From Thermoanaerobaculia bacterium (GTDB taxonomy: Bacteria > Acidobacteriota > Thermoanaerobaculia > Gp7-AA8), in contig DASPMO010000103.1 of the NCBI GenBank assembly GCA_035627015.1, positions 1,617 through 65,616 on the forward strand: a DNA stretch of 64,000 nucleotides. The letters run 5' to 3'. The notes below the pieces were generated by a model that worked only from the letters and a program-made list of their open reading frames with translations, was not told the origin of the DNA and made no database searches. Of this stretch, positions 1 through 10,188 are shown piece after piece. The translations under genes were made by a program, and so were the position numbers. Numbering within the stretch: position 1 is the first letter of the stretch; each line of letters opens with the position of its first letter.

Positions 1-860
1 ATCCCGAGGATCCGCCGCCGTTCTACGCCACCTTCTTCGCGAACGCGGTCGGCTACATGTCGTCGATCGTCCTCCCGATCCGCGCTTCCGACCTGGCCCG
101 TCCCGTCCTCCTCTCTAGAAGGACCTCGCACCGTTTTTCCGGCGCCCTCGGCACGATTCTCTGCGAGCGCGTGCTCGACCTGACCAGCATCCTGACGATG
201 TTCGTCTTCTTCGCCGCGCTGCGCTGGAACGAGTTCTCGCACGATCCGGCCACCGCCGCGTGGTTCTATATCGTCCGCGCCGGGGCGATCGCGTCCGCCG
301 TGATCCTGACGGTGCTCTGGTCCTTCCTGATCGGCCTCCGCTTCTCCCGCGACACCATCCGCCGCCTGCACGAGGCCCTCGGGCGCCTGCTGCCGAAGCG
401 CATCCGTCCGTCGTGGATGCACTTCTTCGACACCTTCGCCGAGACGCTGCGCATCTCCAAATACCCCGGCGCGCTGGCGAAAGTGCTCTTTTGCACCGTG
501 CTCACCTGGACGTGCCTCACCGCGCAGTTCTGGTTCGCCACCAAGGCCGTGCACCAGCCGCTTCCCTACGACTCCAGCTTCTTCGTCACCGGCGTGACCA
601 CGGTCGGCCTGGCCATCCCCACCCCGGGCGGCATCGGCGGCTTCCACAAGGCCTGTCAGCTGGTGCTCACCCGCTTCTACGCGTTCAGTGTGGAGTCGTC
701 CGTGGCCGTGGCCGTGCTGTTTCACGTCATCGGCACGCTGCCGGTGCTGACCATCGGCCTCTTCCTGTTCGCGAAGGAAGGTGTCAGCCTCAAGCAACTC
801 CGTGGTACGGACGAAGAAGAAACCGCCAACCGCCAACCGCCAACCGCCAACCAACCGTGA
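1..860 (+). CDS. C-terminal part of a polytopic membrane protein of the lysylphosphatidylglycerol-synthase TM-region / flippase-like (UPF0104) family; the 5' end lies outside the window
   Basis: ORF 57..860 stays open in the same frame back to base 3 (PEDPPPFYATFFANAVGY...). It has multiple hydrophobic helices and the motif VTTVGLAIPTPGGIGGFHKA typical of this family. The last ~12 codons are read from a CCGCCAA heptamer repeat. Confidence 0.6.
   Translation, partial: PEDPPPFYATFFANAVGYMSSIVLPIRASDLARPVLLSRRTSHRFSGALGTILCERVLDLTSILTMFVFFAALRWNEFSHDPATAAWFYIVRAGAIASAVILTVLWSFLIGLRFSRDTIRRLHEALGRLLPKRIRPSWMHFFDTFAETLRISKYPGALAKVLFCTVLTWTCLTAQFWFATKAVHQPLPYDSSFFVTGVTTVGLAIPTPGGIGGFHKACQLVLTRFYAFSVESSVAVAVLFHVIGTLPVLTIGLFLFAKEGVSLKQLRGTDEEETANRQPPTANQP
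822..856. repeat. Tandem heptanucleotide repeat (ACCGCCA) x4 plus one degenerate unit
   Basis: Direct reading: accgcca accgcca accgcca accgcca accaacc, immediately before the TGA of the membrane-protein ORF and 17 nt before nrdR. Confidence 0.9.
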
Positions 861-872
861 TATACGGCGCCT

Positions 873-1319
873 ATGCGGTGCCCGTTCTGCGGGAATCTCG
901 AAGACCGTGTGGTGGACTCGCGCGAGAGCCGGGAAGGCGACGTCATCCGGCGGCGGCGGGCCTGCGCCGCGTGCGACCGCCGTTTTACCAGTTACGAGAA
1001 GATCGAGCTGCCCACCTTCCAGGTCGTCAAGCGCGACGAGCGCCGCGAGCCGTACGACCGCGAGAAGCTGATGCGCGGGCTGCAGATCGCCTGCCGCAAG
1101 CGGCCGGTCCCGCAGGACGAGCTGGAGCGCCTGGCCGACTCGATCGAGTCGGAGATGGCTGACGCCGGGGAGCGGGAGATCTCCTCCCAGGCCCTCGGCA
1201 CGATGGTCATGAACCGCCTGCGCGCGCTCGATCCGGTGGCGTACGTGCGGTTTGCGTCCGTCTACCGCAACTTCGAGGATGTCGATGCGTTTGTGAAAGA
1301 GCTGCACGGATTGAAATGA
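873..1319 (+). CDS. nrdR: Transcriptional repressor NrdR (zinc ribbon + ATP-cone)
   Basis: MRCPFCGNLEDRVVDSRESREGDVIRRRRACAACDRRFTSYEKIE is the canonical NrdR N-terminus with CxxC...CxxC. The 148 aa length fits. Confidence 0.95.
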   Translation: MRCPFCGNLEDRVVDSRESREGDVIRRRRACAACDRRFTSYEKIELPTFQVVKRDERREPYDREKLMRGLQIACRKRPVPQDELERLADSIESEMADAGEREISSQALGTMVMNRLRALDPVAYVRFASVYRNFEDVDAFVKELHGLK

Positions 1320-1373
1320 AGCGGGAACAGCCATTGCACGAGATCGTACGGCCCATCCCCTTCGGAGAATGAG

Positions 1374-3836
<2,463 letters not shown>

Positions 3837-3838
3837 AC

Positions 3839-3893
3839 GTAGGGCGGGCTTCAGCCCGCCTCCCCCGGGGGGGCGGGCTGAAGCCCGCCCTAC
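3839..3893. repeat. REP-type palindromic element (two inverted GTAGGGCGGGCTTCAGCCCGCC arms); likely bidirectional terminator between lon and the convergent hydrolase gene
   Basis: gtagggcgggcttcagcccgcc-tcccccgggg-ggcgggctgaagcccgccctac. Each arm is itself a GGCGGGC/GCCCGCC hairpin. The same 22-mer recurs at 16802, 24183, 28680 and 33505, with variants at 43135 and 50058. Confidence 0.85.
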
Positions 3894-5206
3894 ATCCCGC
3901 CCAGCAGCTTCTCGACCCGCGCCTTCAACCCATCCGTATCCACCCCCGTCGCGAGCGCGCGCTCGGCGAGCGTCTTCGCGCGCGCCGGATCCCGTCCGGC
4001 GATGTGCTCGGCGACGAGATAGTTGCTCCACGCGTTCATCCATTTCGGTTTCTCGCGCGTGCTGGCGGCGATCGACTCGAAGAGGGCGAGCGCGCGTGCC
4101 GAGTCGGGACCGTTGATGCGCAGCGACGGACGCACGTTGCCGTACAGCATGGCCAGGTCGAACTGGATGTGCAGGTCCTGCGGAAAGGCGGCGATGAGGC
4201 GCTCGCCCGCGGCGCGGTCGCCGTACAGGCGCATCCGGTCCTGGTCGCTGACGACGGGCTCGCCGACGTCGCCGAGCCAGGTGCGCAGGAAATCGGCGGC
4301 GATGGGATAGAGCAGGACGTTCGACGCGCCCCGCTGCGGCGAGACGAGCAGGTCGCTGTTGGCGAGCAGCACCAGCGCCAGCCCGCGCGACGGCACTTTG
4401 ACGAGGAGGCCGGAGAACGCATCCGGCCACCAGCTCGTGTGCCACACGACGCGCTCGCCGGCCACGGTCTGCGTGAACCATCCGAGACCGTAAGGGAAGC
4501 CCGGGTAGGCGGGTGTCCAGGCGCGTTCTCTGGCGGAGGCCGAAAGCAGCGTCCCGTCATCGAGGGCGATGCTGTAGCGCGCGAGGTCCGTGACCGTCGA
4601 GGAAAGCCCGGACGAGGAGTGCAGCGCCAGCGGCGGCAGCTTCGACTCCACTACCGCGCCGTTTTCGTCGATCCGATGCGGCGTCGCCAGTCCGCCAGTT
4701 TCGCCGCCGATCGTGCGGTGCAACGCCGCCGGTCTCAGCACGCGCTGGTCCAGCAGCGCCGCGAAGCTCTCCTTCGTCGCCGCCTCGACGACGTTGTCGA
4801 GCCAGTTGAAGCGGGTGCTGTACACGAAGCGCGTCCCCGGCACTCCTTCGGACGTATGCGACAGCACATGCCGGATGCGCACCTCCGCCGGCACCTGCCA
4901 GTCGACGTACGGCTGCACCGGCGCATCGAGGTCGAGCTTCCTTTCCTCCGCCAGCTGCAGCATGAGCGTGGAGGTGAAGGTCTTGGTGATCGAGCCGATC
5001 GGATAGAGCGTGTCGGCCGTCGACGTGCCGAAGCCGCGGGCCATGACCAGCCTGCCGTCGTCCACCACGGCGACGGAGAGGCCGGGGATGCGCAGCTCCG
5101 CGCGTTGCGCCTCCACGCGCCGCGCGAAGTTGTCGATGGCCGGCCGCGCGTGGCGACAGCCCGCAAGGGCGAGCAGGGCGGCGAGTGCGAGTGCGATCGG
5201 TCTCAT
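3890..5206 (-). CDS. Serine hydrolase of the beta-lactamase / penicillin-binding (class C-like) family with a helical repeat C-terminal extension; lipoprotein signal
   Basis: N-terminus MRPIALALAALLALAGC (lipobox). It has the S-x-x-K active-site motif SITKTF and YSTRFNW-type family context. Confidence 0.8.
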   Translation of the reverse strand: MRPIALALAALLALAGCRHARPAIDNFARRVEAQRAELRIPGLSVAVVDDGRLVMARGFGTSTADTLYPIGSITKTFTSTLMLQLAEERKLDLDAPVQPYVDWQVPAEVRIRHVLSHTSEGVPGTRFVYSTRFNWLDNVVEAATKESFAALLDQRVLRPAALHRTIGGETGGLATPHRIDENGAVVESKLPPLALHSSSGLSSTVTDLARYSIALDDGTLLSASARERAWTPAYPGFPYGLGWFTQTVAGERVVWHTSWWPDAFSGLLVKVPSRGLALVLLANSDLLVSPQRGASNVLLYPIAADFLRTWLGDVGEPVVSDQDRMRLYGDRAAGERLIAAFPQDLHIQFDLAMLYGNVRPSLRINGPDSARALALFESIAASTREKPKWMNAWSNYLVAEHIAGRDPARAKTLAERALATGVDTDGLKARVEKLLGGM

Positions 5207-5639
5207 ATCCTCTCATACCGCCACAGACGCCGAAAGGTTCATGTACGCTGATCCATGCGCACGTTCACGCCGTCGGCTACATCTAGGGAACGGACGGATT
5301 CCCATCGTCGAATATGCCGACGAATGTCGTCACGAACATCCTCAGTCCGCTGGCGGGACTGGAGAACTTCGAGCGCGTCGACCTGCTGCGCATCAACGAC
5401 GGGCGCGCATCCCGGCCGCGCGCTGCTCGCGTTCACCCTCGGATCGACGTGGAGCATGGCCAACGTCAGCGGCGGCATCACCGGCTCGCCCACTCCGACC
5501 GTCTCCGGCCCGCTCGTGCGCGGAACCGCCGGTGCTCTGTTCTGGTACAACGGGACGGTCTTCGCGTCGATGGGAGGATGGTTCGACTGACGGCGCGTGG
5601 GGGTAGGGATTTGCGTCTGGTGCAACACTCCTGTAGTGC

Positions 5640-6233
5640 GTGCCTCCCTTGAAGATCTTCATCAGCCACTCACACGACGAAGAATGGCTCGCCGAGATGA
5701 TCGCGGCGGAACTGCAGAAGATCGACGTCGATCCGTTTTACTACAAGCGAAACGAGACCGGCACGCCGATCACCAGCGACGTTCGCGCGAAGCTGAACGA
5801 CTGTGACGAGTTCCTGATCCTGTTGACCCCCACGTCGATCTGGAGTCACTGGGTTCTGTACGAGCTGTCGGTCGCGCACTACCTCGGCAAGGCGATTCGC
5901 CCGTTCTCGATGTATCTCAGCGAACAGGAGATCCCGCCCATGGTGCGCGATCTGGTGCGCCGGCCAATGGGGGAGATTCGCCACTACTACGACGAAGTGC
6001 GAGGACGCGTAGCGAAGGCCTTCGCTGACGGAATGGCGCTGGGGATTGCGCCCAATGCACCGCGGCCGATGCAGGTCGGCGCCGATGATCCGTCACAACT
6101 GAAAGACCAAGTCCACAAGATCGTACTTGGCGACGTGACCGCCGCCGCGGAGACGCCTCCATCACCGGAACCACGCTCGCCGAAGCCGGCGAAGCGTGGC
6201 GCCAGAAAACCATCGCGTCGCAAACCGAGATGA
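5640..6233 (+). CDS. Standalone TIR-domain protein (TIR_2-like) with a basic Pro/Lys/Arg-rich tail
   Basis: KIFISHSHDEEWLAEMIAAEL ... CDEFLILLTPTSIWSHWVLYELSVAHYLGKAIRPF matches the bacterial TIR pattern, with a conserved W-x-x-E glutamate. The start is GTG at 5640, or TTG at 5649. It has no other domain. Confidence 0.75.
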   Translation: MPPLKIFISHSHDEEWLAEMIAAELQKIDVDPFYYKRNETGTPITSDVRAKLNDCDEFLILLTPTSIWSHWVLYELSVAHYLGKAIRPFSMYLSEQEIPPMVRDLVRRPMGEIRHYYDEVRGRVAKAFADGMALGIAPNAPRPMQVGADDPSQLKDQVHKIVLGDVTAAAETPPSPEPRSPKPAKRGARKPSRRKPR

Positions 6234-6236
6234 GCC

Positions 6237-7466
6237 ATGACCCAATCCGTCGATCTTCTCCTGCGTAATCCTTCCGAGTATCCCCGCGCGGGCCTTGTGG
6301 TCCGCCAGTGGAAGCCGGTGGCGAAAGCGCTGGGCGTGCGTGGTGCACGCTCCGCGACGGTCGCCCGGCTCCTCGATCCCACCAACCCGAAGGGTGCCAC
6401 GGTGGATCTCGCCGCGCAGGTGGACCGGCTGGTTCCGCACGATCGCTCGCACGACCAGCTCGTGTTCAAACTGGACTCACCGATCCCCGGAGGTGACGAG
6501 CACTACCGGGCCGTTTCCGGGAAGGTGCGGGTGACGGCGGCGCAAAGCAATGCACAGCCGTACGGAGCAACCGTGCAGCGATACCCCACCGGTGTGAAGC
6601 TGATCAATCAGCATCTCGAAGTATGGCTCAACACGAGCGCCACGAAATACGCTCACCAGCCCCAGGACCAGTTCTACGGCGGGGCGGTCACGAGCGTGAT
6701 CCTGCAGAAGGCCTCCTTCCCGCCCTTCACCGACAGGCTCGAGTGTGTCGACGCCATCGAGTCCCGCGCCGGCTTCTGGCCTCACCCGGAAGCGCGAGCC
6801 ATGCAGATCGATCGCATTCACCTGGTGAGGCCGCCCTGGGACGAGCGGCGCAGCGTCGATTTCTTTCCCTTCCGCGAGCCGTGGACCCTCGTCAGCGACT
6901 CCACGGGTCCGGTCCGTGCAGTCGCTACCATCATGTCGGCACCGTTCGAGCTTCGGTGCAAAGAAGCCGGCGGCAAGAGCGATCACGTCTTCGAGTGCAA
7001 CGTATATCGCACCCTCAGCCTTTACGATGATGTCGACTGGATTGGCGACGAGATCTGGGTGAATGCACGCGACATCGATACTGGCAAAACGCAGCGTCTC
7101 TGGTTCACGGCTCGGTTCTTCATGATGGTGCAGTTCACCCAGGATCCGGAGCTTTTCAAATATCCCGATCACCCCGGCTGGTTCTCTCTGACTCCTCCCG
7201 ACAAACCGAGCAGCGACCCCAGGCTCGGTTACGCCTTCGCGACGGACGCGCAGTCCGGCGCGATCTGGAGTCCGCCGCTCGATTACCATGATGAGATGAC
7301 GAAACCGCGTGCGTTTTCGTGGGAGCTCGGCACGTCGCGCACCGTGCACTGCGTGCACAAGTTTCGCTGCATGACCAACGCGCTGGAAATGGGGCACGAA
7401 GCCGGGTGGCTGTGGTACGACTTGGTTTTCAAGCGCATTCGAGGCACACTGGCGGGTGAGAAGTGA
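6237..7466 (+). CDS. Hypothetical 409-aa soluble protein, second gene of the TIR cassette
   Basis: The ATG lies 3 nt after the TIR gene stop. It is a long clean ORF with no TM segments and no motif I can assign. Confidence 0.6.
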   Translation: MTQSVDLLLRNPSEYPRAGLVVRQWKPVAKALGVRGARSATVARLLDPTNPKGATVDLAAQVDRLVPHDRSHDQLVFKLDSPIPGGDEHYRAVSGKVRVTAAQSNAQPYGATVQRYPTGVKLINQHLEVWLNTSATKYAHQPQDQFYGGAVTSVILQKASFPPFTDRLECVDAIESRAGFWPHPEARAMQIDRIHLVRPPWDERRSVDFFPFREPWTLVSDSTGPVRAVATIMSAPFELRCKEAGGKSDHVFECNVYRTLSLYDDVDWIGDEIWVNARDIDTGKTQRLWFTARFFMMVQFTQDPELFKYPDHPGWFSLTPPDKPSSDPRLGYAFATDAQSGAIWSPPLDYHDEMTKPRAFSWELGTSRTVHCVHKFRCMTNALEMGHEAGWLWYDLVFKRIRGTLAGEK

Positions 7467-7945
7467 GCGCGTCCATCACGCTTCCCGACGAAATCGCACT
7501 CCCTGAGAACGTGGAGAGCCTTGCCGTGGCCGTGGTGGAGAAGGTCGGCGTCGCCGACGTTATCGCCCAGATGGCGGATCAGATCTTCGCCAAAATCGAA
7601 GCCTGCGAGGCGTTCTCCAGCGGCTCGCAGAATGCGGACGCCTTTTTCTTTGCCACCAGTCTTCCGGTCGCCAACGCGGTTATCCACCGCACGACCCCGG
7701 ATCGTCTGACGCGCGCGCTTCGCTGGTCGAGTGAACGGTGGCCGGCCGAAGACGATCCGGCCGTGCCGCTCGCCACCTGGACTCTCATCTACATCATCTC
7801 TGAGGGGTGGAAACGCTACAGCAAGATCGCGGAGAAGAAGGTGCTGTGGGATCGGATTCTCGCGCACGTGGCTGCATTGGCGGAAGAGCCGAGTCCCGCC
7901 ACCGCCGCGCAGCACGTAGTTACCGCACCAGCACCGCCGCGCTGA
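7463..7945 (+). CDS. Hypothetical 160-aa acidic protein, third gene of the TIR cassette
   Basis: The GTG start overlaps the upstream stop (GTGA), which suggests translational coupling. No recognisable motif. Confidence 0.5.
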   Translation: MSASITLPDEIALPENVESLAVAVVEKVGVADVIAQMADQIFAKIEACEAFSSGSQNADAFFFATSLPVANAVIHRTTPDRLTRALRWSSERWPAEDDPAVPLATWTLIYIISEGWKRYSKIAEKKVLWDRILAHVAALAEEPSPATAAQHVVTAPAPPR

Positions 7946-7949
7946 CCTT

Positions 7950-8330
7950 CGACACCCGCCGCCCCTCCACCCGCAGCGCGCTGATGTAGCGTCCGCAGAG
8001 GTCGCCCGCGAATTCGACGGATCGGCCGTGATGCGCGTGACGTTGCGCGCGGCGTCGTACGCGGCGTAGAAGACGCGCGGCGTCAGCGGAACGCCGGCGT
8101 CGGATGAAGGTCCGTCCAGTCCCCATTCGATGTCGCCGGCGCGGTTGCCGGTCAGGATGGCGTTGTCGAGGGTGACCGTGGCGCGGCGATGAGCGAGCTG
8201 CGCACGGTGAGGTCGCCGCCGGTGGGGCCGATGAAGATCCCGCTCGCCCCGACAGGCAGCGACCGGACGGGCGGACCACCGAACGGATCGTCAGCGCGCA
8301 GGCGGTGATGACCGGCAGTGGAGAACGTCG
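7950..8330 (-). pseudogene. Possible remnant of a parallel beta-helix repeat protein gene (frameshifted fragments)
   Basis: Two different minus-strand frames give beta-helix-like peptides: GIFIGPTGGDLTVRSSLIA and ATVTLDNAILTGNRAGDIEWG. No intact ORF with a plausible start exists. Confidence 0.25.
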
Positions 8331-8912
8331 TCAGATGCGCGCGACGAGCTTCTGCGCCGTCGGCAGGAGCATCGCGCCGAGCGCGACTTTGATCGCGTCG
8401 GCGAGGACGAACGGCGCCACGCCGGCGGTGAATGCGTACGCGGGCGTCGTCAGGATGGCCAGCCACGACCAGCCGCCGAGGTAGATCACGCCGAGGGCCA
8501 GGAGCATGCCGCTGGTCGCGCGGAGGATCGTCGATCCCCAGCCGCGCTCGGAGACGAAGCCCGCCACCCAGGCAGCGAACGGATACGAGTAGAGGTAGCC
8601 GGCGGTCGCGCCGAGGAGCCAGGCCGGGCCGCCGTGGCCCTGCGCGAAGACCGGCAGTCCGCTGAAGCCTTCGAGGAGATAAAGCGCCGCGGCGGCCGCG
8701 CCCCGCGTCGAGCCGAGACACACCCCGACGAGGATCACGGCCAGCGGCTGCAGCGTCAGCGGCACCGGCGTGAACGGCATCGGGATGGCAATCTGTGCGG
8801 CGATGGCAATGAACAGACTCGCCCCGATCACGAGCAGCATGTTCGCGGCGGCACGGCCGCGCACGAGGCGATCGAGCACGACGGCGGGAATGGTCATCGC
8901 TTTTTCTCTCAT
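8331..8912 (-). CDS. bioY: Biotin transporter BioY (ECF S-component)
   Basis: AAQIAIPMPFTPVPLTLQPLAVILVGVCLG ... GGPAWLLGATAGYLYSYPFAAWVAGF is typical BioY. The start is taken at MREKAM (8912; alternative 8897), because the longer ORF to 9056 adds a non-BioY extension. Confidence 0.85.
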   Translation of the reverse strand: MREKAMTIPAVVLDRLVRGRAAANMLLVIGASLFIAIAAQIAIPMPFTPVPLTLQPLAVILVGVCLGSTRGAAAAALYLLEGFSGLPVFAQGHGGPAWLLGATAGYLYSYPFAAWVAGFVSERGWGSTILRATSGMLLALGVIYLGGWSWLAILTTPAYAFTAGVAPFVLADAIKVALGAMLLPTAQKLVARI

Positions 8913-8943
8913 GGCGGGTGAGAAGATACCATCCGGAGAAACT

Positions 8944-9555
8944 ATGGTGAAACCGATCATTGTCGCGCTCGCCGCCGTACTCCTGTTCGGCTGCAGCAAA
9001 CCGGAGCCGCTGACCGCGGCCAAGGCGCAGGAGATCATCGGCGGCTGGTCGTTCAAGCGCGAGCCGGTGTACGCCGAGGTGCCGCAGAAGGTGTGGTGGA
9101 CGCCGAAGGCGCCGAAGGACGACTACGACGAGAAGGCGCTGCGCACCCTGCGCAATCTCGAGCGCGCGGGACTCGTGACGGTGACGGAATCGGACGTGAC
9201 CGCCGACTCGGCGACGTACGTGGCCAAGGTGACGAAGAAAGGCTTTCCGATCCTCGGCACCGCCCCCAGCGCCCGCGGCCCCGTCTACCGCGCGCGCATC
9301 TGCGAGAAGCGCTACGACGGCATCCGCAATTTCGTCCGTCACCCGACGGAGGAGACGGTCGGTCACGCGGAGCTGGTGTGGCACTACGCGAACCCGAACG
9401 AGCTCTATCCGCTGTTCGAGACGAAGATCAACAAGCCGGTGAACCAGCCCTTCGTCTCGCACGTGTCGTTCTGGTACGACAAGCACCAGTGGCGGTTCGA
9501 GGTGAACGTCAGGAAGGTCGCGTCATCCGCCGCAGCCCTTCCGCTCCCGCGATGA
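8944..9555 (+). CDS. Hypothetical lipoprotein
   Basis: MVKPIIVALAAVLLFGCSKPEP has a signal peptide and lipobox. This is an internal start of ORF 8770..9555, divergent from bioY. Confidence 0.55.
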   Translation: MVKPIIVALAAVLLFGCSKPEPLTAAKAQEIIGGWSFKREPVYAEVPQKVWWTPKAPKDDYDEKALRTLRNLERAGLVTVTESDVTADSATYVAKVTKKGFPILGTAPSARGPVYRARICEKRYDGIRNFVRHPTEETVGHAELVWHYANPNELYPLFETKINKPVNQPFVSHVSFWYDKHQWRFEVNVRKVASSAAALPLPR

Positions 9556-10186
9556 TGGCCTCCGTGGCCTCGGTCGGAAAGTAGCCCGTCTCGACGACCC
9601 CGGCGTACTCGCGGATGGCCGCGACGATGTCGCCGATGTCTTCCTCCTCGGGCACGCGCACGTCGAGGATGCGGTTGCCTTCGTCGGTGATCCGCACGGC
9701 GCCGTCGAGCATGCGCAGCGTGGGCTGCAGGCCGAGGTCCGTGAAGCGGCGCGTGAGCACGTCGAGCGCGAACGGCGTCACCTCGACGGGCAGCGTGCCG
9801 GTGCCGAGGCGCTCGACGATCTTCGACTCGTCGGCGATGACGATGAAGCGCTGGGCCTGCTGCTCGACGATCTTCTCGCGCAGCAGCGCGCCGCCGCGCC
9901 CTTTGATCAGGCGAAGTCCCGCGTCGATCTCGTCCGCGCCGTCGACGGCGAGCTGCAGCGGCGCGATCTCCGCGAGCGGGAACGTGGGGATGTGCTCCTC
10001 GCGAGCCTGTTTCTCCGTTTTCTCGGAGGTGGTGGTGCAGCGGACGTCGCGCAGCGTACCGTCGCGCAGAGCCTGGCCGAGGAGCTTCACGAACTCGAAC
10101 GCCGTCGAGCCGGTGCCGAGGCCGAGGGACATGCCGGAGCGGACTTCCTGCAGCGCGACGCGAGCCGCTTCGATCTTGAGGTTCAC
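9509..10186 (-). CDS. rpiA: Ribose-5-phosphate isomerase A
   Basis: It is the C-terminal 225 aa of ORF 9509..11764, with motifs GLGTGSTA, VDGADEID and KGRGGALLREK. The GTG start at 10186 lies 9 nt after AGGAGG. Confidence 0.9.
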   Translation of the reverse strand: MNLKIEAARVALQEVRSGMSLGLGTGSTAFEFVKLLGQALRDGTLRDVRCTTTSEKTEKQAREEHIPTFPLAEIAPLQLAVDGADEIDAGLRLIKGRGGALLREKIVEQQAQRFIVIADESKIVERLGTGTLPVEVTPFALDVLTRRFTDLGLQPTLRMLDGAVRITDEGNRILDVRVPEEEDIGDIVAAIREYAGVVETGYFPTEATEAIIAGAEGLRRMTRPS

Positions 10187-10188
10187 GT

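Noticed and set aside
5207-5639. Small ORFs in the gap before the TIR gene (5255..5590 +, 5314..5652 +, 5239..5628 -, 5393..5662 -).
   Set aside because: None has a recognisable motif or RBS. By eye the minus-strand frame 5239..5628 has the highest third-position GC, so it is the least unlikely, but the protein looks disordered. I left the gap unannotated.
8152-9486. The 444-aa minus-strand ORF overlapping bioY and the lipoprotein gene.
   Set aside because: Its translation is Arg-rich and low-complexity. bioY, in another frame, has clear family motifs.
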